Origin: Chiloscyllium plagiosum
Lineage: Eukaryota
Length of the DNA stretch: 62,536 nt
NCBI RefSeq assembly: GCF_004010195.1
Contig: NC_057720.1
Coordinates: 5,641,521-5,704,056 of the forward strand
Direction of reading: 5' to 3'
Part shown: one piece after another, positions 10,360 through 23,245 of the stretch
Position numbering within the stretch: position 1 is the stretch's first letter
How the letters are laid out: each line of letters opens with the position of its first letter
The notes under the pieces: generated by a model
The model's database searches: none
The model's input: only the letters and a program-made list of their open reading frames with translations
What the model was told of the DNA's origin: nothing
Translations under genes and position numbers: made by a program

Positions 10360-11730
10360 ATCACTCTCCTCTTCCTGGCTGAACTTATTCTCTCACTGAA
10401 CAATTTCTCCTTTAACTCATCTCACACCTGCCACATGAAAAGAGCGGCAATGTGCATCCGCGTGGGTCCCAGTTAAGCCTGTCTGTTTATGAGTTATGTG
10501 TAAACTGTCCACTGCCATCCACTTCAAAGGCACTGACTTTCATAGCTACCTTCACTAAGGCTCTTCATACCCCATGACCTGCAAGGACTCCATCCCATTC
10601 TCCCAGTTCCTTATATCTTATTTGTTCAGATGACGCCACCTTCCAAAACATTGCTGCTGGCCTGGTTTGCTTCTTCCATAACCATGGTTCCCCACCCACT
10701 GTGGTCGACAGGGCCCCTCAAACACATCCGACCTCTCACCCCTGCATCTGCCCTTGCCCCTTCCCATCACTCACAACAGCGTGGTTGGGTTCTTTTTGTC
10801 CTCACTTTGCATCCCATCAGCCTTTGCATTCAAAGGATCATTCTCCAGTATTTCAGACAGCTTCAGCAGAACACCACCACCAAACGTATCTCCCCAAACC
10901 CCCCCTTCACAGGGATTGTTCCCTTCGGAACACCCTAGTCCATTCCACAACCACCAACACCACTCCCTCCCTCCATGGCATCTTCCCATGTAACCGCAGA
11001 AGGTGCCCCTGCCCCTTCACCTGCCCCTTCTCCTCCTCTCTGCTCACTGTCCAAGGGCCAAAATGGGCTTTTCAGGGGAAGCAGCATTTCACCCAGACCT
11101 CCTCCAATCTCGTGTGTTGTATTCGCTGGACCCAATGTGGCCTACTCTACACTGGAGAAACCAAATGCAGAACACCTCCAGTCTGTGTGCAAACATGACC
11201 CCGACCTTCCAGGAGCCTGTCATTTTAACAGCGTCCTGCTCTCGTGCCCCCGTGTCTGTCCTCGGCATGCTGCAGTGTTCTAGTGAATCACAGCGCAAAC
11301 TGGAGGAACAACATCTCATCTTCAGCCTAATCGCTTTAGAGCTTTCTGGACTTAATATTGAGTTCAAAACCTTCAGAATGTGAACCCAGTCCCATTCCCT
11401 GCATTTCTTATAGCTTTGCATGTTACGTTCTCTGTCACCCTCTCTCCTCTCCCCCCACCCCAGTGGGACTGTCTGTCCTTTCCAGTCTGGCAGTTAGGCA
11501 CACCATTGTTCTGCCATTCTCCCATTCTGATCCCTTAATCTAAACTATCAACATCTTTTCTCCACCAGCACTCCACCTCCACACCCCTCCCAAACTACAG
11601 CATAAATGCTGCCCCCTCCACACTTCACTTCAGCTCTGATAAAGAGTCATCTCGACTCGAAACGTTAGCTTGCTTTCTCTCCATTGATGCTGTCTGACCC
11701 GCTGTGATCTCCAGCATTTTCTGTTTCCAG
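10360..11730 (+). mobile_element. Penelope-like element remnant: RT fragment, GIY-YIG and hammerhead-bearing 3' end
   Basis: LAELILSLNNFSFNSSH (RT); TSSNLVCCIRWTQCGLLYTGETK and RKLEEQHLIFSL...GLNIEF (GIY-YIG); many frameshifts. Confidence 0.85.
11632..11670 (+). ncRNA. Degenerate hammerhead motif (G8->A) at the 3' end of a Penelope element
   Basis: AGCT-CTGATAA-a-GAGTC atctc GACTC-GAAA-CG-TT-AGCT. Stems I and II are perfect but core G8 is mutated. Confidence 0.6.
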
Positions 11731-12179
11731 GGCAGGGCTTATGTAGTTAGTAGTAGGGCCTGGGAAGTGTTGCTGAGCAAAGAGAACATGGAGTGCAGGT
11801 GCATTGTTCCTTGAAAGTGGAGTCACAGGTAGACAGGGTGGTGGAGAAGGCATTTGGCACACTTGCCTTCATTGGTCAGTGCATTGAATATAAAAATTGG
11901 GAGGTCATGTTACAGCTGTACAGGCCATTGGTGGCGCCGATCCTGTGGACAAATATGGTCCTTTCTATGGGAAGGATGTTGTTAAACTTGAGAGGGTCAC
12001 TGTGTCTCAAGCAACTTCAAAACTAATTCCGAGGCTGCAGATCCTGGGTGGATGGAGGTGCTGAGTATTTCTTAAATAGTGAAAGGTTGGGAAGCGTTGA
12101 TGTCTAAAGGGACCTGGGTGTCCTTGTTCATAAATCACTCAAAAGAAACGTATATGTGCAACAAGCAATTTGTCAGGTG

Positions 12180-12482
12180 ATTAGATTAGATACTCTACAG
12201 TGAGGAAACAGGCCCTTCGGCCCAACAAGTCCACACCAACCGTCCAAAGAGCAACCCACCCAGACTCATTTCCCTCTGACTAATGCACCTAACACTGTGA
12301 GCAATTTAGCATGGCCAATTCACCTTTGGATTGTGGGAGGAAACCGGAGCACCCGGAGGAAATCCACACAGACACGGGGAGAATGTGCAAACTCCACACA
12401 GACAGTCGCCCAATGCTGGAATCCAAATGGGTCCCTGGTGCTGTGATGCTGCAGTGCTAACGACTGAGCCACCGTGCCGCCC
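12180..12482 (-). mobile_element. HE1-like V-SINE
   Basis: Full-length copy with (ttaga)n tail. Confidence 0.85.
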
Positions 12483-12544
12483 TGAATGTTATGTTAGTGT
12501 TTAGGATGTGAGTACAGGAGCAAAGAGGGAGTCGAGAGGGAGTC

Positions 12545-13280
12545 GAGAGTTGCAAGAAAAGCACAGCAGGCCAGGCAGCATCCAAGGAATAGGAGAATCA
12601 ACATTTCAGACATAAGCCCTTCACCAGGAATGTGTGTGGGGGGGTTGGGGGGAGGGGAGCTGAGAGATAAATAGGAGGGGAATTGGGGCTGGGGGAAAGG
12701 TAGCTTGGAAGGCGATAGGGAGATGCAGGTGGGGGGGTGATGGTGATAGGTCGATGGGGAGGGTGGAGCAGATAGGTGGCAAGGAGGATAGACAGGTAGG
12801 ACAGTTCAAGAGGGCAATGCTGAGTTGAAGGGTTGGATCTGGGATGAGGTTAGGGGAGGGGAGATGGGGAAACTGGTGAAATTGACATTGGTGCTGTGTG
12901 ACTGGAGGGTCCCAAGGCAGAAGATGAGGTGTTATTCCTCCAGTCGTCAGGTGGCTAGAATTTGGCAGTGGAGGAGGCCCAGGACTTGCATGTCCTTGAT
13001 GGAGTGGGAGGGGTAGTTGAAGTGGTCAGCCACAGGGCAGTGGGATTATTGGGTATGTGTGTTGCAGAGATGTTTTCTGAAACATTCTGTGAGTTGGCAT
13101 CCTGTCTCCCCAATGTAGAGGAGACCACATTGAGAGCAATGGACACATTAGATAAGGAGTTTGGATGTGCAAGAAACGTCAACTCTTCTGCTCCTCAGAT
13201 GCTGCCTGACCTGCTGAGCTTTTCCAGCACCACAATTTTCAACTCTGATGTCCAGCATCTGCAGTCCTCACTTTCTCCTT
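12545..13280 (-). mobile_element. Penelope-like family A 3' fragment with an inverted terminal copy
   Basis: Terminal repeat at 12545-12630, GIY-YIG remnant to ~13150, then an inverted terminal copy at ~13172-13280. Confidence 0.8.
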
Positions 13281-13509
13281 GCCACAGAGGGAGTGCAGTG
13301 GAGGTTAACAAGTTTGATTTGTGGGATGGTGGGTCTGTCCAATGAGAAGGGGTTGCAGAGATAGGGCTTGTAATGTCTAATGAATGGAAGAAAAGTGATC
13401 AAACAGGAGCTTGCAACATTTTTGATGAGTTAATTTATGCATGATCTGGGTGTTGTTTGTTGGGCCAGTATTTATTGCCCATCCCTAATTGCCCAGAGGT
13501 CAGTTAAGA

Positions 13510-13807
13510 TTTGATTAGATTCCCTACAGTATGGAAACAGGCCCTTCGGCCCAACAAGTACACACCGACTCTCCAAAGAGCAATCCACCCAGACCCATTC
13601 CCCTACCCTGTATTCATCCCTGACTAATGAACCTAACACTATGGGCAATTTAGCATGGCCAATTCACCTGGCCTGCACATCTTTGGATTGTGGGAGGTAA
13701 CTGGAGCACCCGGAGGAAACTCACGCAAACACGGGCAGAATGTGCAAACTCCACACAGAATGTTACAAGAGGCAGGAATTGAACCTGGGTCCCTGGCGCT
13801 GTGAGGC
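13510..13807 (-). mobile_element. HE1-like V-SINE inserted in a SINE-B copy (~13435-13960)
   Basis: Host ...CAGTTAAGA / TAAGAGTCAACC... is interrupted by the V-SINE. Confidence 0.8.
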
Positions 13808-14145
13808 TAAGAGTCAACCCGTTGTTGTGGATATAGACTCTGAAGTAGACCAGATCAGGTAAGGTAGACATTTTGCCTAAAAAGCATGAGTGAACCAGTT
13901 TGAATTTTCCAACAATCAACAATGGCTTCATGGGCATAATTAGACTATTAATTCTAGATTGTAGAGGTCTTGATGCAGAACAGAATTCTCCCCCTGCCAG
14001 GGGATGCAATCTCAGAAAAAGAGCAAATTATTTAGCGCTCGGGCGAAGAGGAACTTCTTCACTCAGTGCGTGATGAATCTCTCCCACAGGGCTTTGGAAG
14101 CCAGCTCTTAAGTAAGTTCAAGCCAAGTTTGATAGATTTCTATTA

Positions 14146-14277
14146 CTAGGAGATTGTGAGGACTGTAGATGCTGGAGAAGTCAGAGTCAATAAAGTGTGG
14201 TGCTGGAAAAAGCACATCAGGTCAGGCAGCATCTGAGGAGCAAGAGAGTTGACATTTTGGGCTTAACCCTTCATCAG
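14146..14277 (-). mobile_element. Short Penelope-terminus-derived insertion with 11-bp TSD
   Basis: GATTTCTATTA at 14135-14145 and 14278-14288; carries a degenerate hammerhead (GAAA->AAAA). Confidence 0.8.
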
Positions 14278-14461
14278 GATTTCTATTATCAATAACAAAT
14301 GATATGGGGATAGCAAGGAAATATGATGCTGAGGTTGATGATGGGCTTTGGGTCGGTGGAGCAGGCTTGAAGGGCTGAATGGCCTGCCAGTTGCTCTGAT
14401 GTACTGAAATTGCTTTGTGAATACGGTTTCTTTTTTAATGCAGCATTTCTGTCTCTCGCAG

Positions 14462-14620
14462 GACCTTGTGGTGAAGACATTGATCGTGGCAGAGCCTCAC
14501 GTTCTACATGCCTACCGCATGTGCCGACCGGGCCAGCATCCCGGCAGCAACAGCGTCTGCTTTGAAGTTCTCGGTTTTGACATTATTTTGGACAGGAAGC
14601 TGAAACCCTGGCTCCTGGAG
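14462..14620 (+). CDS. TTLL7: TTLL7 exon: DLVVKTLIVAEPHVLHAYRMCRPGQHPGSNSVCFEVLGFDIILDRKLKPWLLE
   Basis: Acceptor tcgcag|GAC, donor GAG|gtgggt; 159 nt, phase 0-0; CFEVLGFD...PWLLE ATP-grasp motif. Confidence 0.96.
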
Positions 14621-15569
14621 GTGGGTGCTCCTTACCTCAGTGAGCACAGCATGTGTCCCAACTTCAAGTTCCGCTCAGCTCTCCAAAAAGGCACTAATCC
14701 TAACTTGAACCCGTAGCCTAACCCGAACCCTAACATTTGGACAGGTGCATGAATCAGAAAGGTTCAGAGCGATATGGGCCAAATGCAGGAAAATGGGACG
14801 AGGTCAGTTTAGGAAACTGGACAAGATGGATATGTTTCCCTGCTGTATGACTCTCTGGTTAATTTTTTTGGGAGTACCGTGGTTGTTGTTGAATTGGCTG
14901 CTACCCAGGAGGACAGAGAGGCCGAGTTAAATATTTTTAATAGAAGTGCAGGAAATGGGATGGGGCACGGCACCTATACCCTCCAAACCACAGGCAGTAG
15001 TTTCATGGTAATGTTTGAGCTAAAAGTGCAAGAGAAGACTCCATGGCAGCTAACCTGCTTGGGTGGTAACATAGAGGAGAAACTTGCTGCCTCACACTTG
15101 CAACAAATTGGGCCGGGCCTACACTCACCATAGTTTGGGGAGTTAGGCGCCATGGAATTGTAAGACTGAAACCAATCTGGTTCTCTCCTTTGGGTTACTG
15201 ACTGTTCCACCACTGGGCCTGGAATGAACTGCTTTGAAGTGTTGCTGGATATGGGCTCAATTGAGGCTTTCAAGTAAGCATTAGATGATCTTTCAAAACA
15301 GAAACAGCATGCAAGGGCACGGGGAAGGCAGGAGAATGGCACTAAGTCATAACACTCACTGGATTGCTTACATGATGGGCCAAATGGCCTCCCTCTGTGC
15401 TGTAACACTTCTGTGATTCTGCAGAAATAGTTCCTCCTTTATACCCAATTAAAAACCTTTCATAGTTTTGAATTAAATCTCCTCTCCACCATCTCTATTG
15501 CAAAGGGAACACAAAACTGCCAATAAACTGTGAGCTGAGCCTTCATCCTTACTGACTATTAGATGGTGA

Positions 15570-15750
15570 ACTGAGAGGTAAAGTCACCATAGTCCTACCA
15601 GACCATAGGGCTGCTCTCTCATTACAGAGAGACAGAGATGACCGGGTGATGGTTTAACCTGGGGATCACCTTGCCTCAGGCAAAGTGAGAGGTTGAGAAG
15701 ATGGGACCTTTATGGTGACCTCAGCTGGTGCAGGAATTGAACTCACCCTG
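15570..15750 (-). mobile_element. Third tRNA-derived SINE family (C)
   Basis: Reverse complement matches the + strand copy at ~26410-26600 (B-box GTTCAATTCC, then CAACCTC..C-CCTGAGG...TTAAAC). Confidence 0.6.
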
Positions 15751-16814
15751 TTTTCTGGTCAGACCACATTTGGAGTATTGTGTGTAGTTTTGGGCCCTAT
15801 ATCTCAGGAAGGATGTACTGGCCCTGGACGTGTTCAGAGGGGGTTCATGAGAATGGTCCAGGAAGGAAAAGTTTAACATATGAGGAATGTTTGAGGACTC
15901 TGTTGGTTATTGGGAAAGAAATGGTACACTAATGTCCTTTAGAAAAGGAAACTGCTATCCTTACCTGGTCTGGAGTACATGTGACTTAAGATCCATGGTT
16001 AACTCTTAACTGGGCAGTAAATGCTGGCCGAGTCAGTGATGCCCTAATCCCATGAATGAATAGAAAAGGTCCCATTCACCCATCTGCATGCGATTGATCA
16101 AGTTGTCCAGCAATGCCTCTAAAATTCTCATCTTTGTGTTCAAAACCCTCACTGGGTTCACACCTCCCTATCCCCATAACCCCTCCAGCCCGACACAATA
16201 TCTAGCTGCATCTCCAATCCTGATTTTCAATGGCCTACTGCCATAGAGTCATACAGCACAGAAATGAATCCTTCGGTCTGACCAGCCTGTGCTGAAACAT
16301 AATCCCAAACCACACTAGTCTCACCTGCCCAGCCTTGGCCATATCAATGGCCAGGTTTTTAATTAAACCTAAATCTGAAATTCACCTGTATCTAGATACC
16401 TTTGCCTTTCCTTCTTCAAGACACTCCTAATATCTCCTTGCGTGTTTGGTGTTTCCATCAGTCACTTCAGTAAAGCACTATGGGACACTTTATTATGCAA
16501 AAGGGACTATATAAATGCAAACAGTTGAAGTTTAGTTCTGAGATGTAACCAATTCCCTTAAAGTGCTTCGGGTTATTTTTGACCTTGGATGCATGGGTCT
16601 GACTTAACAAGGAGATTATGCTCCTTCCAGGAAATCCGAGACCCCCTACTCTTTGGGATTGTTGCATGTTGTCTTGTTTAGGGTCTATTAAGCACGGTGT
16701 TAGGGATTCACGTGGGTAGGCTGATTGAACCTTTTTAACATGTTAATTGAAATATTCATTTATTATTTTCTCAAAGAAATTTTTTAAATAATGTCTTTCC
16801 CCCTGCCCAACCAG

Positions 16815-16909
16815 ATTAACCGTGCTCCTAGCTTTGGGACAGACCAGAAGATAGATTTTGAAGTGAAAAAGGGAGTGCTAGTGCATGCACTGAAGCTGCT
16901 TAATGTACG
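16815..16909 (+). CDS. TTLL7: TTLL7 exon: INRAPSFGTDQKIDFEVKKGVLVHALKLLNV(R)
   Basis: Acceptor aaccag|ATT, donor CG|gtaagt; 95 nt, phase 0-2; completes the LLE-IN-x-x-PS motif. Absent from the ORF track. Confidence 0.95.
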
Positions 16910-17319
16910 GTAAGTTAAAGTTAAAATTCAAAATCACAAAGGCACAATAATTAGAAGCCAGAGTAGGCCATTTGGCCCTTCAAATCTACTACATTATTAA
17001 GGAATATCATGTGTGATCGGATTATGGCCTTGACTCTATTTCCTGTCAATAACAGCTGTTCAAGAATTCAGGAATTAGGAACAGGATTAAGCTGCTTCCC
17101 ATCTCAGTCCCATTCTGCCATTCAATGAAAGCAGTCAGATACTTTCTGGAGCTGTAGCATTGACAATTCAGAAAGATGTTCCACATTATTGGCTTACATT
17201 TGAAACAAAGATTCTAATACTGCAGAAGGAGAGGGGGCCAGGCATCACAAAAACACAAACACAGAAAAGAAGAGAGAGTTTACTTCCTCATTCTAATTTC
17301 ATTTATATTTATTAATTGA

Positions 17320-17940
17320 AGATGTGACTGTAGGAGTCAGTTTGATCATGTTGTGGCTATTCAGGAAACTGGTTAGGCCACTACTGGAATACTACATGCA
17401 TTTTTGGTGTTCCTGCTATAGGAAGGATGTGGCAAAAATTGAAAGGGGTCAAAAAAGATTTACATGGATGTTGCCACTTTTGGAGGGTTTGAGCTACAGG
17501 GAGAGGTTGTATCAGCTGGGGCTGTTTTCCATGCAGCATTGGAGGCTGATGGGTGGCCTTATAGAGGTTAATAAAATCATGACGGGCATGGACAGGGTAA
17601 ATAGCCAAGGTCTTTTCCCAAGGGTAGGGGAGTCCAAAACAAGAGTGCATAGGTTTAAGGATGGAGAGGAAAGATTAAAAAGGATGTGAAAGGCATCTTT
17701 TTCACACACAGGGTGGAGCATGTATGGAATGAGCTGCCAGAGGAAGTGGTGGAGGCTGGTACAATTAAAACATTTAAAAGGCATCTGGATGGATACACAA
17801 ATAGGAAGGGTTTAGAGAGATATGGGCCAACTGCTGGCAAATGGGACTAGATTGATTTAGGATATCTGGGTCAGCATGGATGAGTTGGACCGAAGGGTCT
17901 GTTTCTGTTTCTGTGCTATTCATCTCTATGACTCTATGAA
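17320..17940 (+). mobile_element. CR1/HER1-type LINE 3' fragment
   Basis: LVRPLLEYYMHFW...LEGLSYRERL..LGLFS...; tail CTCTATGACTCTATGA. Confidence 0.9.
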
Positions 17941-18609
17941 ATTTGAAGAAAATATAAAAATGTCAAGAGAAATCAGCAGACGGTAAGGAAGGAGTGGTGA
18001 TAATGGGATTTAGCTGATGACTACCTGTTCTGCGAATGGAAAGTAGGATTGGAAGCATAATGGACAGAGAGGAATGGGTAAGCTGAGTGATGGGGGAATC
18101 GTTGGAGGGAGGATGGAATATTGGAGTTCGTAGTTTGAGGTATGACAGGTGGGGAGTAGGTGATAGGAGTGTAGGTATGATATTAAGGAGAGTTGGTGAC
18201 AGGAATATGAAGGGCACCTTACAATGGAATCAAAAAGCTATGGGGTAAGCAGAATTGGTGGGAGTGCAGTTAGGTATTTATTACAGTCAATCTTCACTGC
18301 CTCCTTCATCTGCCCCTTTCGTCAGTCCCCCTACCCCTCAGGAAAGGAGAGATAAAGAAGATGCACTCAGGAGAGAAAATCAGAAAACAGAGAGGTGTGG
18401 CCAGAGAAGGAGTGAACGAAACACAAAGAGAGTAGAGAAAGATGAGAAAGATCACATGAAAGAGAGAATGAGAGAAAACTACCTTATTTTCAAACCTCCT
18501 GAGTGTGAAACAAGGCATTAATAACTAATGTATTCAGTTCTTTTATTGCTTCCTGATTGCTGAACCACACTTTTTGTTGTAATGTTCCACATTCCTGTCT
18601 TCAAATGTT

Positions 18610-18955
18610 TTATTCATTTATGGGATGTGAACTTTATTGGTCAGCATTTATTGCCCATCCCTGATTGTCCAGAGGGCAGCTAAGAGTCAACCACATTGCT
18701 GTGGGTCTGGAGCCATATGTAGGCCAGACTGGGTAAGGATGGCAGATATCTTTTCCTGAAGCACATTAGTGAAAGAGATGTGTTTCTTTCCTCCAATAAA
18801 AGGTTTTGTTGTTCATTGTTAGACCCTTAATTCTAGATATTTTTAAATTATTGAATTGAAATTCCACCATCTGTCATGGGAGGATTTGAACAGGACTCTA
18901 GAACCTAATTACCAAGGTTTCTGGATAGTCCAGAGACAATACCACCAATTTATCT
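18610..18955 (-). mobile_element. SINE family B
   Basis: Near full-length reverse copy. Confidence 0.75.
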
Positions 18956-20519
18956 TCTCCCAGTTTGCCTAATTTATAATAAAAATGAGTCTTAGAAAAC
19001 CTTTTACTTTGTAATTAAATCGTCCACTGGTGGCATTGTAACTCCTCAGCTTTTCATCACCCAGGTCATCACAATGTTATTGGGCGCAAGAAAAGACCAT
19101 TAGAAACTAAAAGACTGTCCCTTCTTTTAAGGGGTTGACTTCTATCATCATCTCTCTCATTCTGTTCATTTCTCTTGTCCAATTAGCACATAATTCCACT
19201 TAAAATCCTCATCTCCAGTGTTTACCTCATTCAGTGATCTATTCCCCATTAAAGGAAAGCAAGCATTTTCAAATGCCTTTCTTAAAATCCTGCATTTCCC
19301 TGTTCCCTCTTTTATTTGAACAATTTCCTTAGACATTTTGTGCACAGTTTTGCTGTCCTTATGGATGTAATATGTTGGGCTTTGTTCAGAGCAGGTTTAC
19401 ACGATCACTGTCTGGAATGAGCAGGTTGTCTCACAAGGATGGGATGCAGAGGCCGGACTTGTTTCCACCAGAGTTTAGAACAGTGAGGGGGTGACTTGAT
19501 GAGAGTGAATTTTTTTTTCATTCATTCATGGAATGTGGGTGTCACTGACTGACCAGCTTTATTGCCCGTCCCTAGTTGCCCCTTGTGAAGGCGGTGGTGA
19601 ACTGCCTCCTTGAACCGCTGCAGTTCACCTGCTGTAGGTAGACCCACAATGACGTTAGGTAGGGAATTTCCGAGATAAATTTCGGGAGAGAGGGAATTCT
19701 GGTGTAACATCCTGAATGGTCTTGACAAGGTGGAGGTGGAAAGGATGTTTTCTCCTGCAGAGCAGTCTAAAACTAGAGACAACGATTTAAAAGTTAGGGA
19801 TTATCCTTTTCCAATACAGGTATAGGAAAATATTTATATACTTCAGAATCTCTGCCTGAGCAGGCTATGGAGATAGCATCTCTGAATATTCTTAAGACAG
19901 AGGCGAATAGATTCTCATTAGGGCAGGAGTTTTTGGAGGTGGGTGGGAACGTGAGCTTTAAAACACAAACAGATCCATATTCTTATTGAACATGGAATAG
20001 GCCTGAGGGGCCAAGTGGCCCCACGTCTGCTTCTGATTCATACAAGAGAACATTCTTTCTCAGGCTCAACCCACGATGAAGAATGAATAAGCTCTCCACC
20101 GGTGGCATATTTCAACTAGAAAGGGTTTGCTGATTTACAATGATACCATTTTGTGGATTTTTATCAAGAGCTGTAAATACAGTGACTCACAATGACTCCT
20201 CTTTCTTCATTCAGTTGTGAAACTGGGAGGGATGAAGGACTACCTGCTGTGTGATTGGGGATTCAATGTCATTGATGAGAAGTTGAACTGACAGATACAA
20301 AGCTGAATTTACATCCAGTATACACTGTACTCTCTTTCATTCAGTAGCTATCCCAACTATGTAGGATCACAGAGCTGGTGGATAATATATGATTGCTTCA
20401 GAGCTGTCTCAGTGAAGTCGAGCTGTGTATGGGAACTGCTTACTCAGCCGGAGGTGTTCTCACAGTGAAGAGGGATGTACTGTCCTGTTAGCTCCTACTT
20501 ATACTCTACTCACCCCTTA

Positions 20520-20950
20520 GGAGAGGTGACGGCCTAGTGATTGTTAGCTATTAATCCAAAGACCCGGGTATTGTTTTGGGGAGCTGGGTTTGAATCTCCC
20601 CATGACAGATGGTGGAATTTGAGTTCAATAAAAAACTGATGACCTAGTGATGACCATGAATCCATTGTTGTAATAACCCATCTGGGTTTGGCCTGATCTG
20701 GCCTACACATGACTCCAGACCTACAGCTATGCTGTTGACTCTTGACTGCCCTCAGGGCAATTAGAGATGGGCAATAGAGTCATAGATATGTACAGCATGG
20801 AAACAGACACTTCAATCCAACTCGTCTATGCCGACCAGATATCCTGAATTAAACTAGTCCTATTTGCCAGCACTTGGCCCATATCCTTTTAAACCCTTAA
20901 ATGTTGGCGTAGCCAGTGACACCCTCATCCTGTCAATGAATAAAAAAAAC
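20520..20950 (+). mobile_element. SINE family B with a nested short CR1 3' end (minus, ~20776-20899)
   Basis: Tail GGGCAATA|...|AAATGTTGGC is split by a reverse CR1 3' UTR. Confidence 0.75.
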
Positions 20951-21180
20951 TTGAATAGCCATCAAATTTACACATGCCATCATCTGTGTTTACATCAGCT
21001 TCCCATATCCCAATGTGTCAACTTCTAAACTAATCCCTGTTTGTAAACCCCTCCCTGATATTACCTTTCCCTCCTTCCTGTAGTCATCCATCCCACTTCA
21101 ACTGCTCCCTTCTCCTGACGCTGAATGGAGAAAATCCTTTTCTTTTCCTCAGCAATGGCCTTTTCAATAACCCTGATCCA

Positions 21181-21395
21181 GTTTCTTCCACCAGTTCAAA
21201 GATGTGCAGGTTAGGTGAATTGACCATGCTAAATTTCTCAGAGTCCAGGGATATGCAGTCTAGGTGGGTTAGTCGTGGGAATTGCAGTGTGACAGGGATG
21301 GGATAGAGGAGTTGGGTCTGGGTGGGAAGCTCTTCAGAAGGTTGATGTGGACACGATGGGCCAAATGTCCTCCTTCTACACTGTAGGGATTCTAC
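21181..21395 (+). mobile_element. HE1-like V-SINE, 3' half
   Basis: AAAGATGTGCAGGTTAGGTGAATTGACCATGCTAAATT...ACACTGTAGGGATTCTA. Confidence 0.8.
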
Positions 21396-21499
21396 AGTGG
21401 TCTGCATTTGTTCAACATTTTTTTTTTCTCCCTCTGTCCTATTAGAACCCACCTTTTAGTCAAGATTATGGCCCCCTCCCGTTTGATCCGCCATATTTT

Positions 21500-21720
21500 T
21501 GTCAGCTGTGATCCCTGAACCACAAGATTCCTGATTGAAGACCTAGTTCTGGGAGAAAGTCCGAATTGACATTTCAGTGCAGAGCTGTGGGAGTGCTGCA
21601 CTGTCAGAGCTGCTGTGTTTAGGATGAGATTGAATAGCTGAAGCCCCTTTTTCCCACTTGGCGTGATGTAGCACAAATGTGAGGAGCTGAGGAATTTTCT
21701 CTGGGGCCCCTCAAAAACAT
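21500..21720 (+). mobile_element. Ancient Deu-domain-like SINE remnant
   Basis: GGGAGTGCTGCACTGTCAGAGCTGCTGTGTTTAGGATGAGA resembles the DeuSINE core as recalled; related reverse copies at ~2870-3030, 9850-10080, 34900-35010 and 47270-47450. Confidence 0.5.
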
Positions 21721-21759
21721 AATTTAAAAAATTAGAGTTAGTGTCACTTATAGATGGGG

Positions 21760-23245
21760 GATTAAAAAGGCACTTGACACACTTGCCTTCATTGCACAAT
21801 CCTATGAGTACAGTATCGGAGTTGGGGCTTCATGTTGAGACTGTGCAGGATGTTGGTGAGGCCTCTTCTGGAACACTGTGTCCTGTTCTAGTAGCCCAGT
21901 TATAGGAAGGATATTACCAAGCTGGAGAGGGTTCAGAAATGCTTTACCAGGATGTTGCTGGGTATGGAAGGTTTGAGTTATAAAGAAAGATTAGATAGGC
22001 TGGGGCTTTTTTTCAGGCAAAAGTGAGGACTGCAGATGTTAGAAACCAGAGTTTAGCTCAGAGTGGTGCACAGCAGGTCAGACAGCATCCGAGGAGCAGG
22101 AAAATTGACGTTTCGGGCAACTGCCCTTCATCAGGAATAGAAGCAGGGAGCCTCCAGGGTGGAGAGATATAAAGAAAAAAGGTTAGGTGAATTGGCCATG
22201 CTAAATTGTCCATAGTGTTCAGGGATGCATAAGTTAGGTGCATTAGTCTGGGATAAATGTTGGGGAATGGGTCTGGGTAGGTTACTCTTTGGAGGGTCAG
22301 TGTAGACTTGTTGGGTCTAATGGCCTGTTTCTACAGTGTTGGGATTCTAAACAAAAGATTCAGAACTCACCATTTTAAATTCATTAGATTAAAATCAGAA
22401 TTGTTTTCTTGATGTTGGGATTCTAATTTTTTTCATTCATGACGTATTTCCCAACATTCTCATAATTGACCACACTGCTTAAGGCAGAAAAAGATTTCAC
22501 CTTATGTCTCAAACTGTTCACCTCTTGTTATTTTAAGTTTATAGTTCAGCAAAACTGAGGACTAGTGGGCATCTGTTTAAGGTTAGAGGGGAGGAGTGGA
22601 TAGGTGGGAAGGGAGATTGGCAGGTAGGACAGGTCATGGGGACAGTGCTGAGCTGGAAGATTGGAACTGGGGTGAGGTTGGGGAAGGGGAAATGAGGAAA
22701 CTGGTGAAATCCACATTGATGCCCTGGGGTTGAAGTGTTCTGAGGCAGAAGATGAGGTGTTCTGCCTCACCGGGTGGTGAGGGAGTGGAGGTGGAGGAGG
22801 CCCAGGACCTGCATGTCCTCGGCAGAGTGGGAGGGGGAGTTGAAATGTTGGGCCACAGGGCGGTGGGGTTGATTGGTGCTTTTTTCACTGGAGCATAAGA
22901 GGTTCAGAGGTGACCTGATAGAAGTTTATAAAATAATGGTAGGTATAGGTGGAGTTATTGGTAGTTGTCTTTTCCCTAAGATGGGCAATTTCAAGATTGG
23001 GGGGCACATTTTTAAGGTGAGAGGGGAGAGGTTTAGAAAAGACATAAGAGGCAAATTTTTTTACACAGAGGGTGGTGCATGTGCAGAATGAATTTCCTGA
23101 GGAAGTGGTGGATGCGGGTATAATTACAACATTTAAAAAACATTTAGATTGATACATGACTAAGAAAGGTTTGGAGGGATATGGGTCAGAACAGGCAAGT
23201 GGGATTTGTTGACTTTGGTATTATGTTCGGCATGGACAGGTTGGA
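21760..23245 (+). mobile_element. CR1 3' fragment split by a composite Penelope/SINE insertion (22016-22879)
   Basis: GLSYKERLDRLGLF| at ~22010 resumes as |FSLEHKRFRGDLIEVYKIM at ~22880; TTTTTTCA is duplicated at both junctions. Confidence 0.85.
22103..22138 (-). ncRNA. Minimal type-I hammerhead ribozyme motif (Penelope family A terminus)
   Basis: Minus strand reads attc-CTGATGA-a-GGGC agtt GCCC-GAAA-CG-TC^aatt. Core intact, ACGT palindrome; first stem I pair is mismatched. Confidence 0.68.

Noticed and set aside
18255..18521. Charged 88-aa ORF behind a pyrimidine tract and AG at ~18340
   Set aside because: GA-rich low-complexity DNA. In the phase-2 frame required after exon 16815-16909 it stops after about 30 codons, and it has no TTLL7 similarity.
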